From Macrostomum lignano (Eukaryota): 64,000 bases of DNA. The DNA is taken from NCBI GenBank assembly GCA_002269645.1, contig NIVC01000663.1:104113-168112 (forward strand), in the 5' to 3' direction. Positions 37,701 to 49,500 of this stretch are shown here, piece after piece (the stretch's first letter is position 1; each line of letters starts with the position of its first letter). The notes under the pieces were generated by a model. That model searched no databases, had not been told where the DNA came from, and saw nothing but the letters and a program-made list of their open reading frames with translations. A program made the translations under genes and the position numbers.

Positions 37701-40700
37701 CACCGTTCTGTGAATGCTGCTGCTGCTGGTGTTGGTGAAAGTTCAAACAAGCAGTCGAATACAACCGATGGTGCAAGATATTCTATTCTATTCAATTCTA
37801 TTCTATTCAATTCTATTCTATTCTATTCTATTCTATTCTATTCTATTCTATTCTATTCTATTCTATTCTATTCTATTCTATTCTATTCTATTCTATTCAA
37901 TTCAATTCTATTCCATTCTATTCTATTCTATTCTATTCTATTCTATTCTATTCTATTCTATTCTATTCTATTTTATTCTATTCCATTCTATTCTATTCTA
38001 TTCTATTCTATTCTATTCTATTCTATTCTATTCTATTCTATTCTATTCCATTCTATTCTATTCTATTCTATTCTATTCTATTCTATTCTATTCTATTCTA
38101 TTCTATTCTATTTCATTATATTCCATTCTATCCTTTTCTATTTATTCCGAGCCCGCCCCCTCCAAAGAATCCAACAAAAGTTAAACAATCTGAATAAAGA
38201 ATAATATTACACTGTAGTAATAATGATAGTAATAGTAATGGTATTAGAAATAATAATAATAGTTGGGGGCACCCTGGGGAAACGCCTTTGCGTTTGCGTA
38301 CGGAACCGAACCAAAGGTTTTTGTGCCAGAGTCGGACGCGTTCACCTCTGAACTGCTCTGCTCCCACGATCTGAACTACGCGGTGCAATCCGACACCGAA
38401 ATGCCATGGTAACCGCCGAGATGCGGTGCCGAATCGAATCAAATTGGAACAGCTGTGCCCCCCCTCCCTGAATAGGAAAGTTCAGTGCAAAGGGCATCGA
38501 CAGACATTCAAAATCCTAAGGGACTTTTATGAAAGATGGATGGGTGGAATGGTCCTCGGAGATCCAATTCTGAAGTTCCCCGCAAACTTCTTAGACTTTT
38601 GCCAATGCAGTCTGAAGTGGGCTCGAAGAGGTTAGGGTCTCCCTCCTGTTGTCTGCCTGTCTCCTTTATCTCTCTAATTGAAATGCTTTCTTCCCTTTTT
38701 ACTTGATTATCCCATTTTGTGCCACTGTAGACAATATAAATATTCTGTATCTATAGAGATATGGCTATTTAAGAGCAGGATTAAGAGCAGGAAGAACAGG
38801 ATCATCGGCATGGAGGATAAGTTTGGGCCGGGCACAATCAGTGCGCTGGAATTCCTTTTGATTTGGCGGCCTTGTCAGCCGGAAGAAGCTTTCATTGGGA
38901 GGCCAGGGGATCTAATTACGCATAGAAAAAACCCAGGGACAAGCATCTCCCACCCTGTCACTCAACCTCTCACTCTCCCATAAACTCGCTAGCGGTGCGT
39001 GCCTCCCCCCCCCCCGATTCTCCTCCCATCGAGCAGAAAAACCATCGCATATCCCCACAGACCCCTGCCTACATTTGCAGCAGCAATAACCCAGTTGTGG
39101 AAGCAGAGCACCCCCTGGACTCAGCGTCAATTGCCTTTGGTCCAGCGCAGTCCTCAAACTGTACCCCCCCCCCATCCCACTCGAGAAGCAGCCCTCGCTT
39201 GTGTCAGCTCGGCTTAGCAACTACATGTAGAAGAGCTCTGACGCAGAGGAGAAGCGGACGCTTTGATCGCGGCGCTTTTAGTTTTGCCCAAGTCGCTGCA
39301 AATGCGATTAAGCTATCGCCATATATGTGAATGTATATTTTATATAAATGCATTTTGCATATAGGCTGAGGACAAGTTCGACAAGACTACAAATTTTTCA
39401 GCTAGGCAAGATTTGAGATTAGTTCGGTCGGGACAAGTCGTGATGATAGAATTGATAAGAGATTATTTAAAACTTCCTATCAACAACTAATCGAAATTGG
39501 TGGCAGATTTTTATTTTGTGAGAAGTTTCGGCTTTCAAAAGTTTTTGATTTGCGTCAGTGCTCAAAACGCTCTCAAACTGGTTCCTTTCCATGACCTGAA
39601 TTTTTCTAAGAAATGTGAGCCTTCAAAAAGATTTTCAAGAAGCAAAATATTCAGTCCAATCCAATTACCACCTATAGTGGTCCTGGAACAATAATCCAAC
39701 GGACAATAAAAATAATTTTCGCGCGCATTAGAAATTAAACGACTCCGCCTCTTCAGGAGATAATTAACCTTTTCCCGCGCGCCAGGCGTCGCCCTAGATA
39801 GAGAAAAAAAGTGCAAAATAAGCGGCGACACCGATAACTCTCGGCCAATTTTTATGGCTTGTCGGGTGGCTTGAAGTCTTTTTTATTGGGATGGGTTCTG
39901 CTGTCCTAGGGTAGCTTCGGATCCAGTTCAAAATCTGTGAAGCTAATAAACTAGCAATTATCAACTGCGAACTCTGCGGAGTTTTATTGAAGTTCTGCGC
40001 TAATCATGCAACTACGAAACTCTCCAAGTTTAGTTTTCAGCCGCTAGAGATAAAATCCACCAGTTCTTATCTGTTAGGTGAACTGGGTCACTGTGAGTCA
40101 ATTGGGTCACCGTGAGTCAATTGGGTCATCGTGGGTCAACTGGGTCACCGAGGGTCAACTGGGTCACCATATATACTTTCTGCTGCTTCAACTGGGTCAC
40201 CATATACGAGCTATCCTTTGTGCTGGTTCAACTGGGTCACCGTAAGTCACCGTGGGTCAACTGGGTCACCATGTATCTTCTGTGCTGGGTGAACTGGGTC
40301 ACCATGTATCCATTGTGCTGCAGGTGAATTGGATCATCATGTATCCATTGTGCTGGGTGAACTGGGTCATCATGTATCCATTGTGCTGGGTGAACTGGAT
40401 CATCATGTATCCATTGTGCTGGGTGAACTGGATCATCATGTATCCATTGTGCTGGGTGAACTGGATCATCATGTATCCATTGTGCTGGGTGAACTGAATC
40501 ATTATGTATCCATTGTGCTGGGTGAACTGGGTCATCATGTATCCATTGTGCTGGGTGAACTGGATCATCATGTATCCATTGTGCTGGGTGAACTGGATCA
40601 TCATGTATCCATTGTGCTGGGTGAACTGGATCATTATGTATCCATTGTGCTGGGTGAACTGGATCACCATGTATCCATTGTGCTGGGTGAACTGGGTCAT

Positions 40701-43487
40701 CATGTATCCATTGTGCTGGGTGAACTGGATCATCATGTATCCATTGTGCTGGGTGAACTGGGTCATCATGTATCCATTGTGCTGGGTGAACTGGTTCATC
40801 ATGTATCCATTGTGCTGGGTGAACTGGGTCATCATGTATCCATTGTGCTGGGTGAACTGGGTCATCATGTATCCATTGTGCTGGGTGAACTGAATCATCA
40901 TGTATCCATTGTGCTGGGTGAACTGGGTCATCATGTATCCATTGTGCTGGGTGAACTGGGTCATCATGTATCCATTGTGCTGGGTGAACTGGTTCATCAT
41001 GTATCCATTGTGCTGGGTGAACTGGGTCATCATGTATCCATTGTGCTGGGTGAACTGGATCATTATGTATCCATTGTGCTGGGTGAACTGGGTCACCATG
41101 TATCCATTGTGCTGGGTGAACTGGGTCATCATGTATCCATTGTGCTGGGTGAACTGGGTCATCATGTATCCATTGTGCTGGGTGAACTGGATCATTATGT
41201 ATCCATTGTGCTGGGTGAACTGGGTCACCATGTATCCATTGTGCTGGGTGAACTGGGTCACCATCCTTTAATACGCCCGACTAACTCCAAAACTGCAACC
41301 CTCCGCAGAGCAATTCGGCTGGTCAGTCACCGGGGGCGTGGACATTGACGGTAACGGCTACCCGGACGTAGTCGTCGGGTCGCACAGCAGCGCGGCCATC
41401 ACTCTCTACAGAACTCGGCCAGCTGTCCGGCTCAGCGTTGGACAGGGTGACCTGCGAGCGCCGGACAGAATCGACGTCCGACGATGCGGAGACGGCAGCG
41501 ACGTAGGCGACTGTCGAATCCGACTCAGCGGCTCCTTCCGGCTGGCTTGCGGCAGCCAGGTGAACCTGACCGGACGGCAGCTGGATGTGGAGATGCGGCT
41601 GGACTCGGACAGCCGACAGGCGCCCTCGCGGAAGCGACTGCACTGGGCGACGTCGAGAAATGACGTCATTATTCGACGCGTAAAACTCGGCTGCAACGAG
41701 AGCTTTGAGTTCGAGGAGCTGGCAGACATTGTGCCGGCCACAGCGCGGGCCGACCTGGTGACGCCGATTGTGGCTCAGCTGCGCCTGGCGCCGGCCTGGC
41801 AAAGCGCTGATTGGGGGACGCCGCAAGCCGATGGCGCCAACTCCCCAATGCGGCCGGCGCTGCACCCGGCCTCGGACACAGCCGCTGATTTTCCTGACAT
41901 GGAGCCGCTGCGGCCGGAGTGCGGCCCGGACAATGTTTGCCGGCCAGGCCTGCGCCTGCGTCTGCAACGGGCTCGCCTCGGCGAACTCGACGACGATGCG
42001 GACATCGACGACGCATCGAGTGGAGTTGTGATCTACGGCGGCGAGCGGGGCACCCGTGTGCGGCTGCAGGCGCTGGTGGAGAACAGCGGCGAGGCGGCGC
42101 ATGAGCCGGTGCTGCGGCTGCGCCTGCCGGCGCGCGTTGACGTCCAGTGGGCGTCGGAAAGCGGCCTCATGGCCGACGAGGTTCGCTGTGGCGAGGCAGC
42201 CGAGTCGGCGGACGTGGGCGAGCGAGTCTTGGCCTGCTCGCTGGGCCGCCAGCTGCCCGGCCTGGCACCGGGGCAAGCGCCGGTCGTCGTCGTCGCCGAA
42301 TTGTCGCTCGGCGCCCACCTGGAGTCCGGCGGCGGAGCCAACTTCACCGTCCATGCCGCGGTCAGCTGCCAGGAGGCGGCTGCGTCGGACGAAGGCACCA
42401 GCAGTGCCGCATCGTTTGACTTTGCGGTCTTCTCTCGGGCTGAGCTGCGTCTTACTGGAGCCGCCGCTAGTCGCGATGTCGTGATCGACGCCAGGACTGA
42501 GGCGGTGACGCCTCAGGCAGGCCGGCGCTACCGCCTGGAGACTCTCGGCGCTCATTTCAACCACAGCTTCGAGTTTTTCAACGCCGGCCCGTCACCGTTG
42601 CTCAACGTCGAGGTAAACCTGACGGTGCCGGTGGAGACGGAGTCTGGCGACACCCTGGTGTACTTGCTGGACAGGATAGCGCTCGCTACTGCTGACCGGA
42701 ACTGGGAGCGGCTGACTGCCGCGCCGCGGGTCCTGGAGGCCACCTCGGACCGACAGCTCCGGGGGCCGCGTGCAACTTCGGCCAGCTCAACGGGCTCAAC
42801 CTGACTCTGTGGCGCGAGGCCGAGACGCTGCCCGTTCTGTTGAATGCGACGACGAAACCGCATCCCGGCGGACGGCAGCGACGCGATGTGGTCGCCGAGA
42901 AGCCGGCGTCTACGACGAGTTCGGCCCTGAAGGTCAAGAAGTCGAGCGAGTCCGGCACCGAGCCCAAGGAGCGGTCGTCGCTATTCGGCGAGTCGGCATT
43001 CCCGGGTGGCAGCGGCAGGGCGCCGCTCGAGCCAGTCGAGTGTGACGGCCGCTACTCAGACGCGTTCGGCCGGGTCCGCTGCACCGTCATTCGCTGCCGA
43101 ATTCCCCGCCTGAACGCCTCAGAGGGAGCGCGCGTTGTTTTTGACGGGCTGCTGTGGGCGGAGACGCTGTTCAGCTACAGGGTGCCGGAGGTTCAGCTGC
43201 GCTCCAGCGTGGTGGCAGCCGCGGCAACCGGACCGTCAGATCAAAGCGTGCCATCGCTGCTTGAGTCACCAGGAGGTCCGGAGTCGTCCGCAGTGTCTGC
43301 CACAGTTGAGCAGTTCTTCTTCTTTCGAGGAGTACCAGCCCGACCGGCCTACCGGGTGCCGCTGGTGGTTGTGCTGGTGGCGGTGCTGGTGGGCCTGCTG
43401 CTGCTGGCCATCATTATTGTGGTGATGTGGCGCTGCGGCTTCTTTCAGCGCAGGCGCTGGTTTGTTGACAAACCGGTGCAGCTCTGA
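34781..43487 (+). CDS. Integrin alpha subunit A (2 coding exons, about 1209 aa if the 1-nt frameshift at 42761-42765 is corrected)
   Basis: Exon 1 is 34781-36230 (donor GTGAGT), exon 2 is 41309-43487 (acceptor CCGCAG), joined in phase 1 (..DGTVL-K-QFGWSVTGGVDIDGNGYPD). Signal peptide, FG-GAP repeats, Ca-binding motifs DINGDGYGD, DVDEDGLDD and DIDGNGYPD, RQRR furin site, TM helix, WRCGFFQR tail. Confidence 0.92.
36296..36888. repeat. 43-bp minisatellite (GTGTGAGGCTGTGTACATTGCTGACCCCAATCTGTTGGGGCTG)n in the integrin A intron
   Basis: About 14 units, each containing the hairpin CCCCAA-TCTG-TTGGGG; no spacers. Confidence 0.95.
37780..38140. repeat. (CTATT)n microsatellite
   Basis: About 70 pentamer units. 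Confidence 0.97.
40055..41265. repeat. 33-bp minisatellite (ATGTATCCATTGTGCTGGGTGAACTGGGTCATC)n at the 3' end of the integrin A intron
   Basis: About 29 regular units preceded by degenerate CAACTGGGTCAC copies. Confidence 0.95.
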
Positions 43488-44106
43488 GACTGAGGCTACA
43501 AATAGTATTTGGATTAGTGGATGTCGAGGCGTTATGGTTACTTGGGTACCGTGTCATCAGAGGTTACCGAGTCGCGTGATTACCTAGTTACCTGGGTACC
43601 AATAAACCTAGTTATCGGATTTACCTTGTTACCGAGTTGCCTAGTTACCAGATTTAGCTGGTCGTCAAGATGCCCTATCGTTAAGTTACCTTAGTTACCA
43701 AGCTAGCTGGTTACCACGAGTTTACCTAGCAGCTAAGTTTAAGAAAAGAAATCGCAGGTGACAAATCCAACAAACAATGAGTGCGCGCATATTCAGTTCC
43801 AGGCCTCGCAACAATCACTTATTGTTGTTATCTGCCTCTGATGGCTTCCTTTTTCTGCTCCAAAAAATTGTGCTCGCCGTTATCTTCCGCCTGCTGACAT
43901 TTCTGTTTTTGCTTTCGCTGCTCATGTCTCACCGCTGCTCCTCAGTTGAAACCACAGATACTAAAATTCGTAACTTAGATGGCCCACTATATAGAACTAT
44001 GCATGCTTGCAGTTCAGTAGTAAGGAGGGATACGTAAGCTATTTTATAAAAAGAATTGAGCTGAAATGATATTGATAAATTTAGAAGCCAAGTTTGCATA
44101 CGTACG

Positions 44107-44468
44107 GAGGGGGCCGTAGCCCAGCGGTAGCGCAGCTGCTCTGGTGTGCCAGCGACCCAGGCTCGATTCCAAGTGCAGTCACATTAATTTGGGGCTGAAT
44201 TGGAATCTCGGCTTGGCTCTGCTCGTGCAATTAACGGCCTTGAGAGCCAACCCCCCAAGGCGCAGTGAAGTGTACATGCCTAACCAAAAATAAAGTTAGG
44301 GCCGCTGTACACTCCTGTGTGAGTGTGTGCCTGCGTACGTATCCGCGCGCTTGTATGCCTGCTCAGGGGAGTCGGCGGAATGGGCAGTAATGCCTCTCGC
44401 CGGTTGTGTGCCTATGTCGCTTAAAGTGCGCCACGGTGCACACAACCCCCCTGCCTCTAATAAAAAAA
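44107..44468 (+). mobile_element. Full-length tRNA-headed SINE (362 bp)
   Basis: A-box TAGCCCAGCGGTAG (44117-44130), B-box GGCTCGATTCC (44160-44170), A-rich tail, perfect 13-bp TSD TTGCATACGTACG (44094-44106, 44469-44481). Confidence 0.88.
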
Positions 44469-45129
44469 TTGCATACGTACGTGTAAACAACTTGAAATTG
44501 GTGTAGACAGATTGTACACATTAGCCAGCGCCACTGAAATGTACGAGCGTACATGGCAAGGCAATAAAAATCAGGCGGCGGGTTGGGTTGGAGGTTTTGT
44601 GTGGAAAGACGTGGTTAAAGTTTTAAGCTAGGGCAGGGAGGGGTAAGAGCCAATAAATGAGCCTGGTCTTAAAAAATACATAAAAATACTTCTGTTTAAC
44701 TTACTACTGAATTGAAAGTAGCTTACACGAAAATTTGCTGTGTGGCCCATCCATTAATTTTAGTATCTGTGATTGGAGCTGTGAGCACTCATGCTTCAAC
44801 TTGACTCTCTACTGAGACAGTAGTACAGAGTGTATATTTGTCTGTCTGTAATTGAATTGTCTTGATTTCTCTGGCACGTTGATTGCCCGTGTTTTTCTGC
44901 AATGCACCGCTTTAATGCTAAAATACACCTAAGCTGGTGCGTTATTAAACACTTTTTGCTAGCTCAATGTTCTCTGATAAATGTTATTGCGCTGTCGCAG
45001 TAAAACCATATGTTGATTTACTTTTTACTTACTATTTACTATTACTATTTACTACTTACTACTTTTTACTTGTGTAAACTGAATTACTGAATAATTCCAT
45101 GCTTGCCGCAGAACGATTCCCACAGGTTC

Positions 45130-45450
45130 CAAGGGCTATTCCCCCAGAGCGAATCCCTCAGAGAAATTCCCTCATAAATTTACCAGAACAAATTCCCTAA
45201 CAGAAATTCCCCCACGGAAATTCCTTCAAAACAAATTCCCTCACAGAAATTCCCCCACGGAAATTCCTTCAAAACAAATTCCCTCAGAAATTCCCCCGCA
45301 GAAATATCCTCAAAACAAATTTCCTCGCATAAATTCCCTCATTACAAATTCCATCAGAACCGAACATAAATTCACTCAGGACGAATTCCCTCAGAGAAAT
45401 TCCCAGAGAAGCAGATTCCCCGAGAGAAATTCTCTCAGAGCAATTCCCCA
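45130..45450. repeat. Degenerate AAATTCCC-motif repeat
   Basis: More than 10 AAATTCC(C) motifs at short irregular spacing. Confidence 0.75.
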
Positions 45451-46554
45451 TCACACCTGCCTAAATCTACATATCCAGCTGCAAACTAACCGCTGCCAAC
45501 TCTGCTTAACTTGCCAGATGCGCGCACACTTCAGGATAGAGAAGAAGTTATCAAGGTTTGCCGTCGCTGGGACGCAAAATTACGGAGCCAAATAAAAGGA
45601 AATAAAGCTGGTACATTTATATATTTTCATGATGGCTAGCAGCTTAGCATATAGCGCCTATAATAACATATCGATTTATATATAAGGACAAAGCGTCGCG
45701 GCCTTAATGCATGCTTTAGCTAATTGGAAAATATCGATTATCAAAAGTGAACACGCACATAGAAACCAACATAGAGACGGGTAAGCAGAGAATTCAGGAG
45801 GCCATTGCGGAAGCTGGCAAGCCGGGGGCCGTCTCGATGCTTTAGGGTAGAGCAAGCTTGAAGGCGAAGTTAAATAACTGACTAAATGGCAGCATATGAG
45901 AGATGGCACATTATTGTGTTTTTAACATTAATTCCTAGTCAGTTATCATTTGCAAATTATCAATAGAAAACATTGCTGCGATGCTGACAGAGCAATTTAT
46001 AAGCGCTTTGCTGCTACAGGGGATTTTCAAAAAGAGATTGCAGAGTTTTTGGAACGCCAACAATTGCTAATCCACTGCTCATTGTATAGCAGAGAAATAA
46101 TTTGTTCACCGATGCTGCTACTAACGAATGCATTTGTCAGTAGCATAGCAGGCATATGCGAAATGGGTGTGCATGTTATACTCGTAAACAGATTCTGCAA
46201 ACTAGAAGAATGCTTTGAGATTGAGAGAAGTTCAGGCGAATTTCATGCCGAACAAACACGATTCTGGAGGGAATTTTGATGGAAAATTATCAGCCAGTTG
46301 TAACGCAGGGAAGACCGAAAGTAGAGGAGCTTTCTAAAATGATTTTTTTGTTTAAGACTTGCTTGCTATATTGATAATGGGGAGTCTTTCAAGGACTACT
46401 AACCAGTTTGGAAGAACCGCCTTCACCTATTTTCAATCCCCACCAGATAAAAATTTGAGAATCTTTACTATTAGGGAATCGGTAACGCAGGGACGCAAAC
46501 ACGAGCAAGCATGTGTAGCAATGACAACAACAACACATGAACAAACAGACAGCA

Positions 46555-49500
46555 TCATCGATAAAAGTCGTCATCGTTGGCGTCTTTCTGCGGCACTGAG
46601 TTGTAATCTTGTGGCGGCTTTTTCCGGTGAAAGAAATTGCAATACCAAAGCAGCAGGATGAGTAGCAGCAGTAGCCAGATGCCCAGGAAGATGGCTAGAA
46701 TGATGTAACCCCAGGGGATTTGGTCCACTATCGGCGGCCGAATGCTGAGGAACAGAAACGTCTGCAGGATGCTGGAGTTCCCAGCTACATCGACGTTACG
46801 AAAAGCGAAAAGCTCGGGCGGCGGCAGGTTTAGCTGGATCTGGGACCGGATGTTGAACCGGCTTAGGTGGTGCCGGAAGTAGGTAGGCGACCAGAGGCGT
46901 GCGTGAAGGTGCAGGAAGACTCGGTCGACTGTCCGGACGCCGTCGCGGCCGAGGTCGCGCACCGGACAGATAAAGGTGACGCAGCGGAACGGCACAGGGG
47001 CCAGCTCGGGCCTGTCGCAGTCAAACGTCGGATCCGTCTCTTGCGGCGCTGGCGTCGGCGTCGGATTGGTCGACGAAGGCGAAGTCGAGGACGCCTCTTC
47101 CAGACTGCGACGTTGTCTCGTGCCGTGAGTCTCACTAAACGTAGAATTATCGCCAAGTTCGTTGCTGTTGATGCTGTTGAAGATATTGACCTCGTGCTGG
47201 TTCTCTAGCAGCGTCAGAGGAGGTTTCGCCAGTCGCACGGCCATGTTGGGCTCCAGCGGTTGGCACTCGCGGTCTTGGTTTCCAATAAAGCCTTCGGCAT
47301 CGTCGGAGGTAAACGGCAGGCCCGGCAGGTATTGGCTCACCCGGTCAGAGTCGCCGACCTCTGTGGCGTGCGACCAGGCCAGGGCGTTTTCAGGAAAGTA
47401 CAGCAGCAGGTGGCCCCGGTCGGTCACTAGGGGCACGCGGATGGAGATGCTGAGGCCGCGGATTGCCGCTGCCGGCCGCGTGGACGCCAGCAGCTCGAAT
47501 GTCTGCTGCAGGCCCGGCCCAACCACGGATGCGGCGGTAGCTCCACTTAACGCCATCAATTTCGCCTCGTTTATGCTTTTTGACTGTCGGGCGTCGGCAA
47601 TCATGGACTCGTCTGTGGCTGAGAGCAGCCGAAGGCTGACGCTGGTGTTGAAGGTGATTGACAGTTCGGCCCAATTATTCATCAGCTCACCGTCGCGGGT
47701 CACGAAGTCCTGATAGCCGGCGATGTCGCCAAGCAGGTTTAACAGGCGGAAGCCGACCCGATAGGCGGTGCGACGGCCGTCGAAATTCAGCCGCAGCGTC
47801 ACCTCTATCTGGCCGCGGCCATTGCGGGTTAGGACGTCGGGCGGGTCGGGGAACGGCTCGGTCAGCAGCACCTCTTTGTGCTGGCTAAAGTAGCGAGCCT
47901 CGCTCACAGACTCGTTTCCGCCGCGGCCAAAGGTTTTTGTTCGCAGAGTGACCGCATCGAGCACATGGACGCCGTCGCTGGGGGTCAACCGGATTGCCAT
48001 TCCACCGTAGTAAGGGTAGCTGCTCTGCTTGCGAATCCGTAGAGTCACCTGGAGCTGTTGGTAACTGTTCAGCAGAATTGACGGTTTGCCGAGCAGCTCC
48101 AAACGGATGTTGCCGGTGGGATTGCAGTTGAAACCAAAATCGGGATCGCAGACGCCGGTCTTAAATTTGTAGAGCGGCACTGAAAAGACGTCCTCATAGC
48201 CTGGGAAGACCCGCCGACCCTGTAGAACGGCCGGAAAGAAGCCGCTAGAGCTGCCAGTCACGATCACCCTGTCGGTCATGCGCCAGTGCATCAGTAGGAC
48301 GAGATCACGCAGCATGCCATCTGGTGAGGAATGCCGCTGATTATTCGGCAGCGGCCTGAGCCGGAACATCAACGTGAACTGGATCGTGTCGGCCGACTTG
48401 CCCGGCACTCGGGTCAGCTCGCACCAGCCGTCCGCACCGGGCTTCACCGCCGACGGGCAGTCGATCAGTTCGATTAGGAAACGTCGCTGCTGCTCGGTGC
48501 TGGCCAGCTCTTCTGGCCGCACGCGCAGGTTAAACTGGTAGTTGGACAGGTCAACGCCAGCCTTCGTGTGCATGCGGATGGTGGCCCCAATGGGCCGGGA
48601 CAGTTGACTGCTGAACGAGTGCATCATAATGTCTGTTTTGAACACCTCGTCGATTGTAGCGTTGACGTAGTGGAAGTCGATTGCAGTAATCAGCAGCAGG
48701 CGGCCGGGCAGGACAACAGCGTGGTGGCTGGAGATGGCGCCAACCACCAGCTCGCTGACCGTATTGTTGTCCAGGTCCGGGGCCAGGGCGAGGCTCCAAC
48801 CAAATCCGGTGATGTTCGGCTCAAGCGAGCTCAGGTCAGCGGCGTTGACAATCTCGAATGGCTGCAGCTCTGCAGTTGGGTTGGCGTAGTTGGGCATACC
48901 CAGGAACAGGTACACTGCGCCGGTACCGTTTACTCCGCAGCCGGGGCAGCCCACGGCGAAGTCTTCAATGTCGTCGTAGTTGACGTCGCCGATACCGACA
49001 ACGTCGGTTCCTAAACGACCGCCTCGCTCGCGGCCGCAATAGCGCGCAGGCGTCGAAGAAACTCTGTCAATCGGCTTACCGAGTGTTTCGAGTGTCAAAA
49101 CAAAGATGCAGCCGCGGTCGAGACCTTCGGCGCCGAGGCCATCGGAGTGAAACGGGGCGCCGAGTAGCACCGCCTTTCGCTTTGTCTGCAGCGATTCGCT
49201 TATCACGGCGCTTGAGTAGCCCAGGTAGTTAAACGAACGGTATAGATAGTCGTAGAACGGCTGTCCCATCCTAGCCTCGATGGACTTGGCTTTGACCTCG
49301 CCGGGCCTCAGCCAGGCTAGCAGAGTGTCGCTTTTCTCATGGAAGAACGGCGAGGTGGCGTAGACAACCCCACTGTCCGGGTCGGTGGCCAGCGAGTAGC
49401 CCAGGTAATTCTTTTTTAATTCGTTGAGTTCAACCTCTGTCGGCTTCGAGTCAAACACGCCGCTTTGCACAGACAGAGAGGCGCTGTCGTTTTTTACAAA

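Noticed and set aside
40252-41348. Long repeat ORFs (MTQFTQHNGY, HHVSIVLGEL)
   Set aside because: A 33-bp intronic array of integrin A; the real exon starts at the acceptor before 41309.
44107-44180. tRNA gene (also 15168-15235 and 61399-61465)
   Set aside because: A and B boxes are present but there is no proper acceptor stem, and each continues into a SINE body (one with a TSD and A tail).
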